Sequence record: SRR22947727_2028
DNA: 47,975 bases
Reading direction: 5' to 3' (one strand)
The notes below the pieces were generated by a model. The model saw only the letters and a program-made list of their open reading frames with translations. It made no database searches and was not told the DNA's origin. Positions 9,642-19,985 of the stretch are shown piece after piece; within the stretch, counting starts at the first letter, position 1; each line of letters starts with the position of its first letter. A program made the translations under genes and the position numbers.

Positions 9642-10526
9642 TTATTTATTCCCGAATTGGTCAAGCGATACGAGTTTTGAGGCGATGTAAAGAATGATTG
9701 CGGTCACAACCAGCAAGACCACGCCCAACGCGCTTGCAGCCCCCCAACTGAAATAAAGCTCAATGTTGCTCGAAATTTTCATTGCAGCCATGATCACTCT
9801 GCCACCACCCAAAATGGCAGGGGTCACGTAAAACCCGAGGCACAAAACGAAAACAATCAATAAGCCAGCAAATAGGCCGGGCAGGGAGAGTGGAAAAAAG
9901 ACAGTCCAAAAGGCGCGGGTTGGTGTGGCGCCGAGACTAGACGCTGCTTTCAAACAGTCTTTATCAATCGCGCGCATATTTGCGTAAAGCGGCAAGATCA
10001 AAAATGGCAGCATAATATGAACCATGCCGATCAATGTACCCGTTGTATTATGCACGATCTTAATCGGCTCGCTGATCAAACCCAAATCTAATGCGATATT
10101 GTTTAGCAACCCCTTTTTTTGCAACAGCACTAACCACGCATAGGTGCGCACCAACAGGCTGGTCCAAAACGGAATTAACACGCCCACCATGCAGATATTT
10201 GCCCATTTTCGCGAGAGTTGGGACATGAAATAGGCCAAGGGATAGCCGATAAGCGTACAGATGATCGTCGTTAGAATGCTAATTTTAAAGGTTGTTATGA
10301 AAATCCGCATATAGGAGCGGCTGGTGATCATCCGCTCATAATTTTCAAAAGAAAACGTGCCATCCCTGCCGATAAATGAGAGATAAAACAACCAGCCGAC
10401 CGGAATAACGATCAGAAAAGCAACCATCAACAAATAGGGTAGAGTGAGGCCCAAGAAGGTGAGGTTTTCCCGCGCGGCCAGTTTTTTCAGCCCGTCTTGA
10501 TTGAGGTGATCAGAGGTTGAAGACAT
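9642..10526 (-). CDS. Polyamine/opine ABC transporter permease (PotB-like)
   Basis: GYPLAY, PFWTSLLVRTYAW, AASSLGA, GFYVTPAILGG. Confidence 0.9.
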   Translation of the reverse strand: MSSTSDHLNQDGLKKLAARENLTFLGLTLPYLLMVAFLIVIPVGWLFYLSFIGRDGTFSFENYERMITSRSYMRIFITTFKISILTTIICTLIGYPLAYFMSQLSRKWANICMVGVLIPFWTSLLVRTYAWLVLLQKKGLLNNIALDLGLISEPIKIVHNTTGTLIGMVHIMLPFLILPLYANMRAIDKDCLKAASSLGATPTRAFWTVFFPLSLPGLFAGLLIVFVLCLGFYVTPAILGGGRVIMAAMKISSNIELYFSWGAASALGVVLLVVTAIILYIASKLVSLDQFGNK

Positions 10527-10530
10527 CGCG

Positions 10531-11607
10531 TTAACTCACCAAGTAGCTGTCAGCTACTTTGAGGCCAATGGTTACAGTTTCTCCGACAGCGGGCAACGCC
10601 TCCTGTGTGATGCTTCCGTTGGGAACTCTGACCCGTAAAGTTTGTTCTTCGCCTTCCAAAGGCGCCAATTTAACAACCAGTAATTGGCTTTCCCCCTGGA
10701 AAATTGAGTCTAATAAGACACCGGAAAAGTAATTCACGCCCTCTTGTTTGTCGGTGGCCACAAACGTTTTTTCTGGGCGTACCACCAAGAGGAATTTGCC
10801 ATCCTGTGCAGGGGGGCTGGATGTTTTTATTGTTTCGGGGCCAAAGCTGATTTGCGACTTGTTAACGCTGACAGGCAAAAGGCTCGATTCTCCGATAAAA
10901 TCAGCAATGAAAGCATTGCTTGGATTTTTATAAATCTCATTGGGTGTGCCCAGTTGCATCAGTTTTCCGTCGTTGATCACCGTGATCCTATCCGACATTG
11001 TCAGAGCTTCTTTTTGATCATGGGTGACATAGACAGTTGTCATATTCAGCGCATCATGCAGCTGGCGCAATTCGATTTGCATCTCTTCACGCAGTTTTTT
11101 ATCCAAGGCAGATAAGGGCTCATCCATCAAAAGAATTTTAGGCTTGAACACAATCGCACGCGCCAGTGCAACGCGCTGTCTTTGTCCGCCTGATAACTCA
11201 TGTACTCCGCGATGGCCCAAACCATCCAGTTTCACGGTGCTAAGAGCTTCTTTAACGCTTTCTTGCGTTTCTGCTTTGCTCACGCCTCTTAATTTTTGTG
11301 GATACCCAACATTTTGTTCAACGCTCATATGTGGAAATAACGCATAGTTTTGGAAAACCATACCGATGCCCCGCAAATGCGGAGGTTTCAAAATAACCTC
11401 TTCATTTCCGAATTTTACGCTGCCACAATCTGGATTTGTAAAGCCTGCAAGAACCATCAGCAAAGTGGTTTTACCGGAACCTGACGGCCCGAGAAGTGTC
11501 ATGAACTCACCCGATGTTATCTCGAGGCTTATATCATTCAGAGCATGGAATTGATCGTATGATTTTGAAACATTTTTAATCGATATATTGAGTGATGTAT
11601 TTTTCAT
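10531..11607 (-). CDS. Polyamine/opine ABC transporter ATP-binding protein (PotA-like)
   Basis: GPSGSGKT, FQNYALFPH, LSGGQRQR, DEPLSALD, C-terminal TOBE-like region; start set at ATG 11607. Confidence 0.93.
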   Translation of the reverse strand: MKNTSLNISIKNVSKSYDQFHALNDISLEITSGEFMTLLGPSGSGKTTLLMVLAGFTNPDCGSVKFGNEEVILKPPHLRGIGMVFQNYALFPHMSVEQNVGYPQKLRGVSKAETQESVKEALSTVKLDGLGHRGVHELSGGQRQRVALARAIVFKPKILLMDEPLSALDKKLREEMQIELRQLHDALNMTTVYVTHDQKEALTMSDRITVINDGKLMQLGTPNEIYKNPSNAFIADFIGESSLLPVSVNKSQISFGPETIKTSSPPAQDGKFLLVVRPEKTFVATDKQEGVNYFSGVLLDSIFQGESQLLVVKLAPLEGEEQTLRVRVPNGSITQEALPAVGETVTIGLKVADSYLVS

Positions 11608-11687
11608 GTCAGGGTAAATTTCCGATTCTTGGGCTTGGAAAGCATGGCTCTCCAAGCCCTGAACTGTCTGTTATAAAGATATAGAGA

Positions 11688-12743
11688 TTATTCGGTCATC
11701 ATATCTGTATACATTTCAGCTGCAATTGTGCGCCATTTTGAATACCAATCGGTTTTCAACGTTAGCTGATATTGTGCGTTATCTGGATGGCTTGGCATTT
11801 GTTTTGCGCGTGCCTCATCCATTAGACCCAACTCATAGACTTTGCCATTTGTTGGACCATACGTGATGTATTTTGCAAATTCAGCCATGTATTCGGGCTT
11901 CATCGCCTCCGCGATAAACTGCATCGCTAAGTCTTTGTTCTTTGCACCTTTAGGAATTCCATAACCTTCCCAATCCATGATGCCTGAACGCCAGTCATAT
12001 GCCACTTTTGCGCCATCAAGCTTTGCAACATCAAAGCGTCCGTTCCAGCCCGTTGTCATATCAACTTCGCCATCTTTCATCAGCTGGGCATGTTGTGCGC
12101 CTGAAGACCACCATACAGCGATATGCGGTTTGATGCTTCTGATCTTATCCAGTGCACGCTCGATGCCGGCTTCGCTGTCCAGCACTTCGTAGATTTGATC
12201 CATCGGAACGCCATCCGCCAATAGGGCTGTTTCCAATTGCGCATCCACTTTATTGCGCATGGCGCGGGTCCCAGGGAATTTTTCTACATCGTAAAAATCG
12301 GCCCAAGTTTTTGGCCCGTTATCGCCATAGGTTTCTGTGTTCCAAGCCGCTACAACAGAGAAGATATCTGCGCCGGCGCAATAGTCACTGTACATTCCGG
12401 GCAAATGGTTGCTGACATCGATGACGGAATAGTCAAGTTTTTCTAACACACCTTCTGCCGCACCCGAGGCGCAGCTACCAGCACCGCTTGAGAAAATATC
12501 AAACTTATCCGCACCTGACTTCACCATCAGCTTAACGTCGGAAATACCACCATAGGTGTCTTCTTTGACCGTGATGTCCATGGCCTTTGCTACTGGCTGA
12601 AAAATACCAACAGACTGGCCTTTTTGGTAGGCGCCACCCCAAGATACAATCCGCAATTCGTCTGCGTAAGCCATTGAACTGGCAATCAATACTCCGGCTG
12701 CAGCCAAAGAGCTTGTTGCTTTCATCGCTGGTTTTAAATTCAT
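11688..12743 (-). CDS. Polyamine/opine-type ABC substrate-binding protein
   Basis: Signal peptide, SWGGAYQ, PKTWADF...FPG.R, LETALLADGV, WNGR; GGGAGG RBS. Confidence 0.88.
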   Translation of the reverse strand: MNLKPAMKATSSLAAAGVLIASSMAYADELRIVSWGGAYQKGQSVGIFQPVAKAMDITVKEDTYGGISDVKLMVKSGADKFDIFSSGAGSCASGAAEGVLEKLDYSVIDVSNHLPGMYSDYCAGADIFSVVAAWNTETYGDNGPKTWADFYDVEKFPGTRAMRNKVDAQLETALLADGVPMDQIYEVLDSEAGIERALDKIRSIKPHIAVWWSSGAQHAQLMKDGEVDMTTGWNGRFDVAKLDGAKVAYDWRSGIMDWEGYGIPKGAKNKDLAMQFIAEAMKPEYMAEFAKYITYGPTNGKVYELGLMDEARAKQMPSHPDNAQYQLTLKTDWYSKWRTIAAEMYTDMMTE

Positions 12744-12853
12744 TTTTTTACCTCCCTTGATTTTGCTTATAATTCAACAGTAGCCAGAAAGTTTGTTAAC
12801 GCAACAAGAGTCTTATTTCGCGCGTCTCAATTTACATTTTTTTGATGTGTCCT

Positions 12854-14149
12854 TTACCGCGTCGACATTTGCATTTGGTCACGCCAGCGATACCAAGATA
12901 CGATGGCAGGTAAAAACCAAGGCCGACCAGTATAGGCGGGCCGCGTTGGAAATGGCAGATTGTCAAAAGCTGTTTTGCCCTGCGGCAACCCCAACAGTTT
13001 TTGCCCCAAACGCATACCCAGGTAACTGGCCATCGAAACACCCGAGCCGCAATAGCCCATCGCGTAATAAATGCCTTGATGGCATCCGGTATGAGCCAGT
13101 TCATCAAATGTATAAGCCACCGTGCCCATCCAGGAATGTGAAATTTTTGTCTCTTTTAATTCAGGAAAGATGCGGCACATATCATTATGTAGTTTTGGGC
13201 CGCTGGCCGAAGGATCGGTTTCCCGCGCTGAAACGCGGCCACCGAATAAGATGCGTGTTTTATCTGGAGAGGGACGATAATAATACACAACTTTGCACGT
13301 GTCGCTGATAATTCGATTGGTTGGAAAAAGTTTTTCCATCAACTCTGGCTGCAGCGGTTCGGTGGCAATTATGTAGCTGCCAATTGGGATAACACGCCGT
13401 TGGAGCCAGGGCGTCAAATTACCCGTGTAGCCATTGGTTGCAACAACTACGTCCTTACAAGTCACTTGGCCCTGCGTTGTCTGTATTTCAAAGCCCGCGC
13501 TCGTTTTGTTAATTCTTTCAGCGCGGCACTGCCCTACCACATGCGCTCCTGCCTCCAGGGCTAATTGTAGCAAGCCATGGTGATATTTGGCTGGATGAAC
13601 AGAGGCATGGCGGGGATAGACCACGCCACCATGGTAGAGATCGCTGCCCAACTCTTTTTTTTGGTCAGCTTTGGGGATAATCTCTACAGCGATGTTTTCA
13701 AATTTGGAGAGCGCCTCGGCATCTTTCGCGAGCGTTTGAAAATGGGCTTCTGAATGCGCTGCGTGAAACCTGCCGCAGCGTTCAAACGCGCAGTCGATTT
13801 TTTCGCCAGTGATAAAGTCTTCAATCCAATCCAGAGCAGTTTCGCCTTCTTGGCGAATGGCGGTTGCCCGTCGTGTACCAAATTTGCGGGCCAGCTTGGC
13901 TTGGGAGGGTTTTATACTGGTGCTGATTTGTCCACCATTACGGGTGCTGCACCCAAAACCAGGGGCCCCAGAATCAATGATCATGACTTTTCTGCCACCT
14001 CGCAATATTTGAATTGCCGCGTGCAGCCCCGTATAGCCAGAGCCCACAACCAAGACGTCAACATCTGGAATAATTGTTTGGCTGATTTCGGACAGCGCCG
14101 GCTGCCCGTCTAGCCAGTAGGAAGTGTTTTTCCAGTCTTTTGCCCACAT
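12854..14149 (-). CDS. FAD-dependent oxidoreductase (DAO/PuuB-like amine oxidase family)
   Basis: DVLVVGSGYTG, STRNGG, VVVATNGY, GYCGSGV. Confidence 0.88.
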   Translation of the reverse strand: MWAKDWKNTSYWLDGQPALSEISQTIIPDVDVLVVGSGYTGLHAAIQILRGGRKVMIIDSGAPGFGCSTRNGGQISTSIKPSQAKLARKFGTRRATAIRQEGETALDWIEDFITGEKIDCAFERCGRFHAAHSEAHFQTLAKDAEALSKFENIAVEIIPKADQKKELGSDLYHGGVVYPRHASVHPAKYHHGLLQLALEAGAHVVGQCRAERINKTSAGFEIQTTQGQVTCKDVVVATNGYTGNLTPWLQRRVIPIGSYIIATEPLQPELMEKLFPTNRIISDTCKVVYYYRPSPDKTRILFGGRVSARETDPSASGPKLHNDMCRIFPELKETKISHSWMGTVAYTFDELAHTGCHQGIYYAMGYCGSGVSMASYLGMRLGQKLLGLPQGKTAFDNLPFPTRPAYTGRPWFLPAIVSWYRWRDQMQMSTR

Positions 14150-14734
14150 TGATTTTTTCCTCTGACAAGACGCTTAAACCGCACTTGGCTATCTTGATGG
14201 AGATTTCTTATTTCGCAATCAAAGATTAACGGCACCGGATAAAAAAATAGCAAGTTGTTCTTTACAACGCCCCTTTCCGAAGGCGATGACCCGAGCGTTT
14301 GGAGCTAAGGTGCAAACTGCACAAATTTGTTAATCTTGGCATTATGTATAACAGCTATGGGTAAAATCAGGCCAAATTTTGATTGTTTAAATCAAAGCAA
14401 AGGTAAGCCGATGGCACCGGTGTTTAGCCCATCAAAGGGGGGTAACGAATTTAACCGGCGCTGTTTTGTGACGCAGGCCGCTCTTTAAGGACGTAAATCC
14501 GCTTAAGTTCGTACAAACAATTAGATATTTTGCGCTGCGTGGCGCTTTCAGGTCATGGGTTTACTTCAGCCAGAACATCCCGAATCGGTTTGCAAAGCCC
14601 AGATGGTTTGGCTGCAATAGGGTGACAAACTGCGTTACGTTCCTATCCACAGGCAGAAGTCAGTATCATGGGGTATAAGTGCACTGAATAAAGCTGTCAA
14701 AAATGAATATTTGTATAATCGAATGAAAGTTCGA

Positions 14735-15793
14735 TTAAGGTTTTTGGGTTTTTAGAAAATGTCGGGCGGTTTCGGCGTTTATCGCCCCGTGCTCAATCAT
14801 TTTCTGTGCAATTTGACTAACTTGCTCAGGGCTTGCCCCCGCCGTTATCGCAACCGTTCGCGCATGAAGGCGCATATGACCTTTTTGAATGCCCTCATCT
14901 GCAAGCGCGCGCAAAGCTGCTAGGTTTTGCGCCAAACCCACAGAGGCGATGACCTCTGCCAATTCCCCGGCGGACCCGACATTGATCAATTCTAATGCAG
15001 CTTGCGCAGCGGGGTGGGCCTTTGTTGCACCGCCAATAATACCGACGGCCATCGGAAGTTCAATTTCGCCTTTTAAATAACCCGTTGAGGTAATCGCCCA
15101 TGTGCTTAATGCCGTGTATCGCCCGTTTCTTGCGGCATAGGCATGCGCTCCGGCCTCTATGGCGCGCCAATCATTTCCGGTTGCCAGAACAATAGGGTCA
15201 ATACCGTTCATAATGCCTTTATTATGCGTTGCCGCGCGATAAGGATCTATTACGGCCAATGTCGCAGCTTCAACAATGCCAGTGCACAGCTCATGGCCGG
15301 TGATTTGCCCTCCGTCAAATAGGCTTACATCTAACGACACATGCGCGCGCACCAAACGCAAATCAGCAAGGTTTGACAAAATGCGCAGGCGAACTCTGCC
15401 TTGCGTAATTTCTTCGATTTTAGGCGCTATTTTTTCCGCCATTGTATTTACAGTATTGGCTCCCATCGCATCACGTACATCCACTAAGAGATGCAAAACC
15501 AGCATATTGCCCAGAGGTGTATCTTTGAAAACATGACCTTCTATATCTAAACAGCCACCACCCAAGGAAACCAAGACAGGATCGCACTCATTCGCGGCGG
15601 CAATCAATTGGCCGGCATGGCTTTGAATTTTTTCGAGCGCTTCTGCTGGGTCTGAAAGATCCAAGATTTGAATTTGCGCGCGCATAACCGGTCGTTCGGC
15701 ATTGGCCTGAAATCCCCCACACTTGCGGGCTAATTTTGCCATATGCGAGGCAGCCGCCATAGGGATCAAATAATCGCGATTATTGATTTTAAA
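14735..15793 (-). pseudogene. mvaA: Class II HMG-CoA reductase remnant (N-terminus lost, internal deletion of the EEPS motif)
   Basis: DAMGANTVN, ILSNL, RAATHNKG, GNDWRAIEAG and GIQKGHM are present. The upstream frame reads FKINNRDYLIPMAAASH, where homologues have IPMA-VEEPSVV-AAAS. In-frame TAA at 15805-15803. Confidence 0.85.
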
Positions 15794-16125
15794 ATAATTA
15801 TCTTACTTTTTTCTGCCAGTTGGGTGTGAGAAATATTTTCGATCAACCCGCATTTTCCAAGCGTATGGTTTGTCTCAATATGCATGTTTGAAGTCAGCAT
15901 TGAAAGTTTTCGTTTCCAAAAATTCTTTACGATCGCGTTATTCCCAGTCTCGTTGAAACTACGCATTATTTTGATATCAGGCATTCGATTGCCAAAATCT
16001 TCGATACCCAAAGGTTCATGAAGAGCGTCGCAATTAAAGTTTACGGCTAAAAAATCGGACAACCAGGCTGCACCTGTTCTGCCCGCAGAAAGCGTAAAGA
16101 TTGTTTCTGGGCTCGCTTTAGTCAT
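15766..16125 (-). pseudogene. Sulfotransferase-fold protein, 3'-truncated
   Basis: IFTLSAGRTG (PAPS-binding loop-like), HEP and KIIILK, then runs into HMGR-derived DNA and stops at 119 aa. Confidence 0.5.
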
Positions 16126-16393
16126 TATAAAGGCTCAAAAGCGAATGAAGTTTGCAAGCATTTTTTAACATCTTTGCACATAAACCTGCTGTGCTCTGTT
16201 TGCCGAAACGTTGCTCTCTAAAATACAGCCGCTGATAAGAATATCGCACCACATTGAGGCTTCAGATAGGGTTTCTAATTGTGTTTTACAACCGTTTAAA
16301 AATAAAAAAACGTCTCATATTTTCATGCAATATCTAGCTGTAAAAAGTTTTTATTTTATTGCCTTTTTAAACCGTATCAGTCACTTTTAGCCC

Positions 16394-17155
16394 ATGTTTT
16401 TTCCCTTTCGAGATCACAATCCACCCAACCGAAAACCCATCGTCACCTATGGTTTGATCCTTATAAATGCAGCAATATTTTTGAGCTATAGGGGCAGTGT
16501 CGATAGCGTAAGAGCCACACAAATCACGTTTGAACATTGGGCGATGTTCCCTGAGGATATTAGCTATGGGGTGAACCTTCATAGCTTGATCAGCTCAATT
16601 TTCTTGCATGGCGAGCTGCTTCATTTGGGGGGAAATATGTTGTTTTTATACATTTATGGCGATAATTTAGAGGATGAATTGGGCCATATGCTTTTTTTAG
16701 GGTTTTACTTGGCTTGCGGCGCTTTGGCGAATGTGGCGCAGGTTTTGGCTGATCCGGCTTCGCCTATTCCTGTGGTCGGGGCGTCTGGAGCGATCGCGGG
16801 GGTGATGGGGGGGTATTTGCTGTTATTCCCAAAAGCTAAGGTTGATATTTTGGTGATTTTCGTTGTGTTTTTCCGCGTTTTTTCAATTTCCGCGTGGATC
16901 GTCCTTGGCCTTTGGTTTGCGTTACAGCTACTGAATGGCGCCACCTCCACGGCGGCCAGCAGCGGTATCGCATATTGGGCTCATATCGGTGGCTTTGCCG
17001 CCGGTCTTGTTTTGATCTTCCCTTTGTTTATACGCCTTGGAGCAGCTGCATTTTGGCGTCGAACATTGGGGCATCCGCCCCATCCGGAAAAAATCTATGC
17101 TGGCTCACTTGCGCGCGTGCCACTGGTCTCCAGAAAGTCAAATACCAGCAAATAG
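16394..17155 (+). CDS. Rhomboid family intramembrane serine protease
   Basis: FLHGELLHLGGNM, GASGAIAG catalytic Ser, AYWAHIGG catalytic His. Confidence 0.95.
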   Translation: MFFPFRDHNPPNRKPIVTYGLILINAAIFLSYRGSVDSVRATQITFEHWAMFPEDISYGVNLHSLISSIFLHGELLHLGGNMLFLYIYGDNLEDELGHMLFLGFYLACGALANVAQVLADPASPIPVVGASGAIAGVMGGYLLLFPKAKVDILVIFVVFFRVFSISAWIVLGLWFALQLLNGATSTAASSGIAYWAHIGGFAAGLVLIFPLFIRLGAAAFWRRTLGHPPHPEKIYAGSLARVPLVSRKSNTSK

Positions 17156-17210
17156 CCATATGAGGCGTGTTGGGTTTATATTTGAAACCAGGCCCTGTGT
17201 GAGCTCTTTG

Positions 17211-17999
17211 TTATGCGCCCCGGATTAAAGCTGCAAATTGGTTAAATTGCAGATCGTTTGCGCATAAAATATCAGCGGTTTCGATAGGATCAGAATTCGC
17301 AGCGATGCCTTCTACTATCGCACCTGCTTCGCGCGCTATGATTACGCCGGCCGCAATGTCCCAAACGTTTAAGCGACGCTCCCAATATCCGTCATAGCGC
17401 CCTGCAGCCACATAAGCCAGATCAAGGGCTGCCGCGCCCCAGCGCCGCACGCCTGCGCAGGCGGGTAGCAATTGCGCAAGATCTTTCAGTGTTTCACGCA
17501 AATCAGAGCGCCCTGCAAATGGCAACCCTGTTGCGTAAATGCTTTCAATCATCCGTTTGCGGCCCGAAACACGCAACCGGCTGTCATTCAACCAGGCCCC
17601 CTGGCCTTTTTCAGCTATGAACATTTCATCTTTTGTCGGATCATAGACCACGCCGGCAACAATTTGACCTTTATGTTCCAATGCAATGGATACAGCCCAA
17701 TGTGGCAGACCATGCAAAAAGTTTGTGGTGCCATCTAAAGGGTCAACAATCCAGCGCCGCGTGGGGTCTTGCCCGTCGATTGCTTCGCTTTCTTCTCCCA
17801 CCCAGCCATAAGTGGGGCGGGCTGCTGTTAATTCAGCTTTGATTATCGCTTCTGCCGCGATATCTGCGCGCGATACAAAATCCCCCGCGCTCTTGCTTGA
17901 AACTTGTAAATTTTCAACCTCGGTAAAATCTTTCAGAAGCGATCTGCCAGCTTTACGGGCTGCTTTGATCATCACGTTGAGGTTTGCACTTCCTTGCAT
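17211..17999 (-). CDS. suhB: Inositol monophosphatase family protein SuhB
   Basis: MQGSANLNVM start, GEE, WIVDPLDGTTNF, WDIAAG. Confidence 0.92.
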   Translation of the reverse strand: MQGSANLNVMIKAARKAGRSLLKDFTEVENLQVSSKSAGDFVSRADIAAEAIIKAELTAARPTYGWVGEESEAIDGQDPTRRWIVDPLDGTTNFLHGLPHWAVSIALEHKGQIVAGVVYDPTKDEMFIAEKGQGAWLNDSRLRVSGRKRMIESIYATGLPFAGRSDLRETLKDLAQLLPACAGVRRWGAAALDLAYVAAGRYDGYWERRLNVWDIAAGVIIAREAGAIVEGIAANSDPIETADILCANDLQFNQFAALIRGA

Positions 18000-18083
18000 T
18001 CGCCGGGCTCCTAGATAGCTGTGCCGGCTATAAGTTTATTTGCAGGGAATGCCAAGCACCCATCCGCAGATGGGTATTCTTAT

Positions 18084-18482
18084 CTATGTAAAATATTTTG
18101 TTACAGCCACGCCCACTGCTGCTGATGTTCCTGTTAAAACGGCACCCCAAATGACATCAACCATCACCATTTGCGCCGTCCAGCCCTTGAGAGTCGCGAA
18201 ATTTGTAAACTCATAGGTTCCATAGGCCAGCGCGCCAAGAACAGCTCCGGCAAAAAACGCCTGAGCGATTGAACCAACATTCAAGGCGGGGATAGAGACA
18301 AACCAGACCACGCCCACAACATAAAACAAGTAAAACACCGCTGCAGGGCCCATGCGAAGGTCTTCCAGCATCATCGGCCCGATATTCGCAGAAAAGAGAG
18401 GGTACATCACCTTTTTCAGCATAACGACGTCAAGCGCTAGAAAGACGATTGCGGTACTAATATACAACAAAATATGTATCAT
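18084..18482 (-). CDS. DUF2177 family membrane protein
   Basis: FLALD, AAVFYLFY, AYGTYEFTNFATLKGW, VDVIWG. Confidence 0.82.
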   Translation of the reverse strand: MIHILLYISTAIVFLALDVVMLKKVMYPLFSANIGPMMLEDLRMGPAAVFYLFYVVGVVWFVSIPALNVGSIAQAFFAGAVLGALAYGTYEFTNFATLKGWTAQMVMVDVIWGAVLTGTSAAVGVAVTKYFT

Positions 18483-18649
18483 TTTTTCTCCTGCTCTTTG
18501 ACTATACGCTTGTTGACTTACATTGGATCATGAAGCGCAGAAAAATCACTGCCCAATAAAGCCTCTCTATAGAGAACGACGATATCGAAAAGCGGCCGTG
18601 ATACGTTTTTGCTTTGGTGTTCGCTTGGTTGAAGCGATGATTGAAGGCT

Positions 18650-19108
18650 TTAATGGGAATGCGCTGCGTCAGAGCGATTTAAGTCGACTGGGACGTCAAG
18701 CGTCATTTCGCCGGCCTTCTCAAAAGTTAAGACGATAGAAATCAAATCACCCTGGTGCCAGCTGTTGTACAACCCCATCAGCATGATGTGATCTGCACCA
18801 CGTTTAAGCATGGCTATTTTGCCTGCTTCAATCACAAACCCGCCGATGACGGGTCGCATTTTCATCACTCCATCCGAAGATTGTATATGAGTGTGTAATT
18901 CGGCTTTCTGCGCCGCGGTTGACGCAACGCTGACGAGCCGATCATCGGCCGTGCCGTGATTATGGATCATCATGAAAATTCCGCCCGCTTTTGACGAGGG
19001 GGTTGCGCGATACGCGTAAGCATCTTTAACCATAATCGTATCGGCGGATAGCAATGCTGGCAGGCCGCAGAGCATGATAGCTGCAAAAAAGGATCTTATT
19101 AGGGTCAT
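18650..19108 (-). CDS. Periplasmic copper chaperone PCu(A)C
   Basis: Signal peptide, AELHTH...GVMKM...HIMLMGL copper motif, LTFEKAG, His-containing tail. Confidence 0.93.
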   Translation of the reverse strand: MTLIRSFFAAIMLCGLPALLSADTIMVKDAYAYRATPSSKAGGIFMMIHNHGTADDRLVSVASTAAQKAELHTHIQSSDGVMKMRPVIGGFVIEAGKIAMLKRGADHIMLMGLYNSWHQGDLISIVLTFEKAGEMTLDVPVDLNRSDAAHSH

Positions 19109-19115
19109 TTCCAGT

Positions 19116-19164
19116 CTCTCTTTGTTCGGTCAAAATTTATAAAGATGTGGTTTTGACCTGAGAG
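19116..19164 (-). promoter_or_regulatory. Stem-loop able to occlude the PCuAC Shine-Dalgarno
   Basis: On the mRNA, CUCUC (19164-19160) and GGUCAAAA (19158-19151) pair with UUUUGACC (19135-19128) and GAGAG (19120-19116, 7 nt before the ATG). Confidence 0.6.
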
Positions 19165-19526
19165 GGTGGGGCACGTAGCCGAATAGAGTAAACGGATTTT
19201 TGGTAAACATCCTGCTGTCTTAAGGTCTCTGCATAATGCCCGGCGGCTGGCGTTGTTAAGGCAACGCCGCGGATCATATCTGCATCTATGGAATTCAGGC
19301 AAGAACATTCAGGGCAGGCGGTCTCATCTGAGATCGGTGCGCCATGGGCATCCACAGCAAGGACAAAAGACGCATCTCCACTACAAATAACCACATGTCC
19401 TGCGATGTCTTGCATCAAAACGTTGCGCGCAGATATTTGCCCGCTAGATAATAGTGCCGCTACCAGCAGGCAAAAACCACAGAACACCCTGAACCGTATT
19501 TTCGAACGATAGGGTGTGTTTTTCAC
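19137..19526 (-). CDS. DUF2946-like CxxC/RAPP protein (CruR/CutF-type putative arrest peptide)
   Basis: N-terminal export signal, VVICSG, CPECSC, C-terminal RLRAPPS; directly upstream of PCuAC. Confidence 0.72.
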   Translation of the reverse strand: MKNTPYRSKIRFRVFCGFCLLVAALLSSGQISARNVLMQDIAGHVVICSGDASFVLAVDAHGAPISDETACPECSCLNSIDADMIRGVALTTPAAGHYAETLRQQDVYQKSVYSIRLRAPPSQVKTTSL

Positions 19527-19599
19527 CTAAAAAACCCTCGTCAGGCGTTGGTGTCTAGACCGGCATTATCCACAAAAACGCCACTGCGTTGGTTTGATG

Positions 19600-19890
19600 T
19601 TACGCTGCGGCCGTTTGGGCCTTGGCGATTTCTTTTTTCAATTTCAACGCGTTTGTTGACAATTCGTCATCTTTGGCTTTTGCCAAAAATTGATCTAAGC
19701 CGCCACGGTGATCGACAGAGCGCAATGCGGCTGCTGAAATGCGGAATTTAAAACCGCGATTTAAAACTTCAGACTGCAAGGTCACGTCGTTCAGATTTGG
19801 CAAAAAGCGGCGCTTGGTTTTGTTATTGGCATGGCTGACATTGTTACCAGACATCGGGCCTTTTCCTGTAAACTCGCAACGACGTGCCAT
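19600..19890 (-). CDS. rpmB: 50S ribosomal protein L28
   Basis: [33 protein letters not shown]. Confidence 0.98.
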   Translation of the reverse strand: MARRCEFTGKGPMSGNNVSHANNKTKRRFLPNLNDVTLQSEVLNRGFKFRISAAALRSVDHRGGLDQFLAKAKDDELSTNALKLKKEIAKAQTAAA

Positions 19891-19985
19891 TTCTCAATCC
19901 TCTTGCTTCTGCTTAATGCGCATTTTGCGCCAATTCCACCACTTAAGGGCAGCATGCCACAGGCAGGCCCAAAACTTGAAATGCG

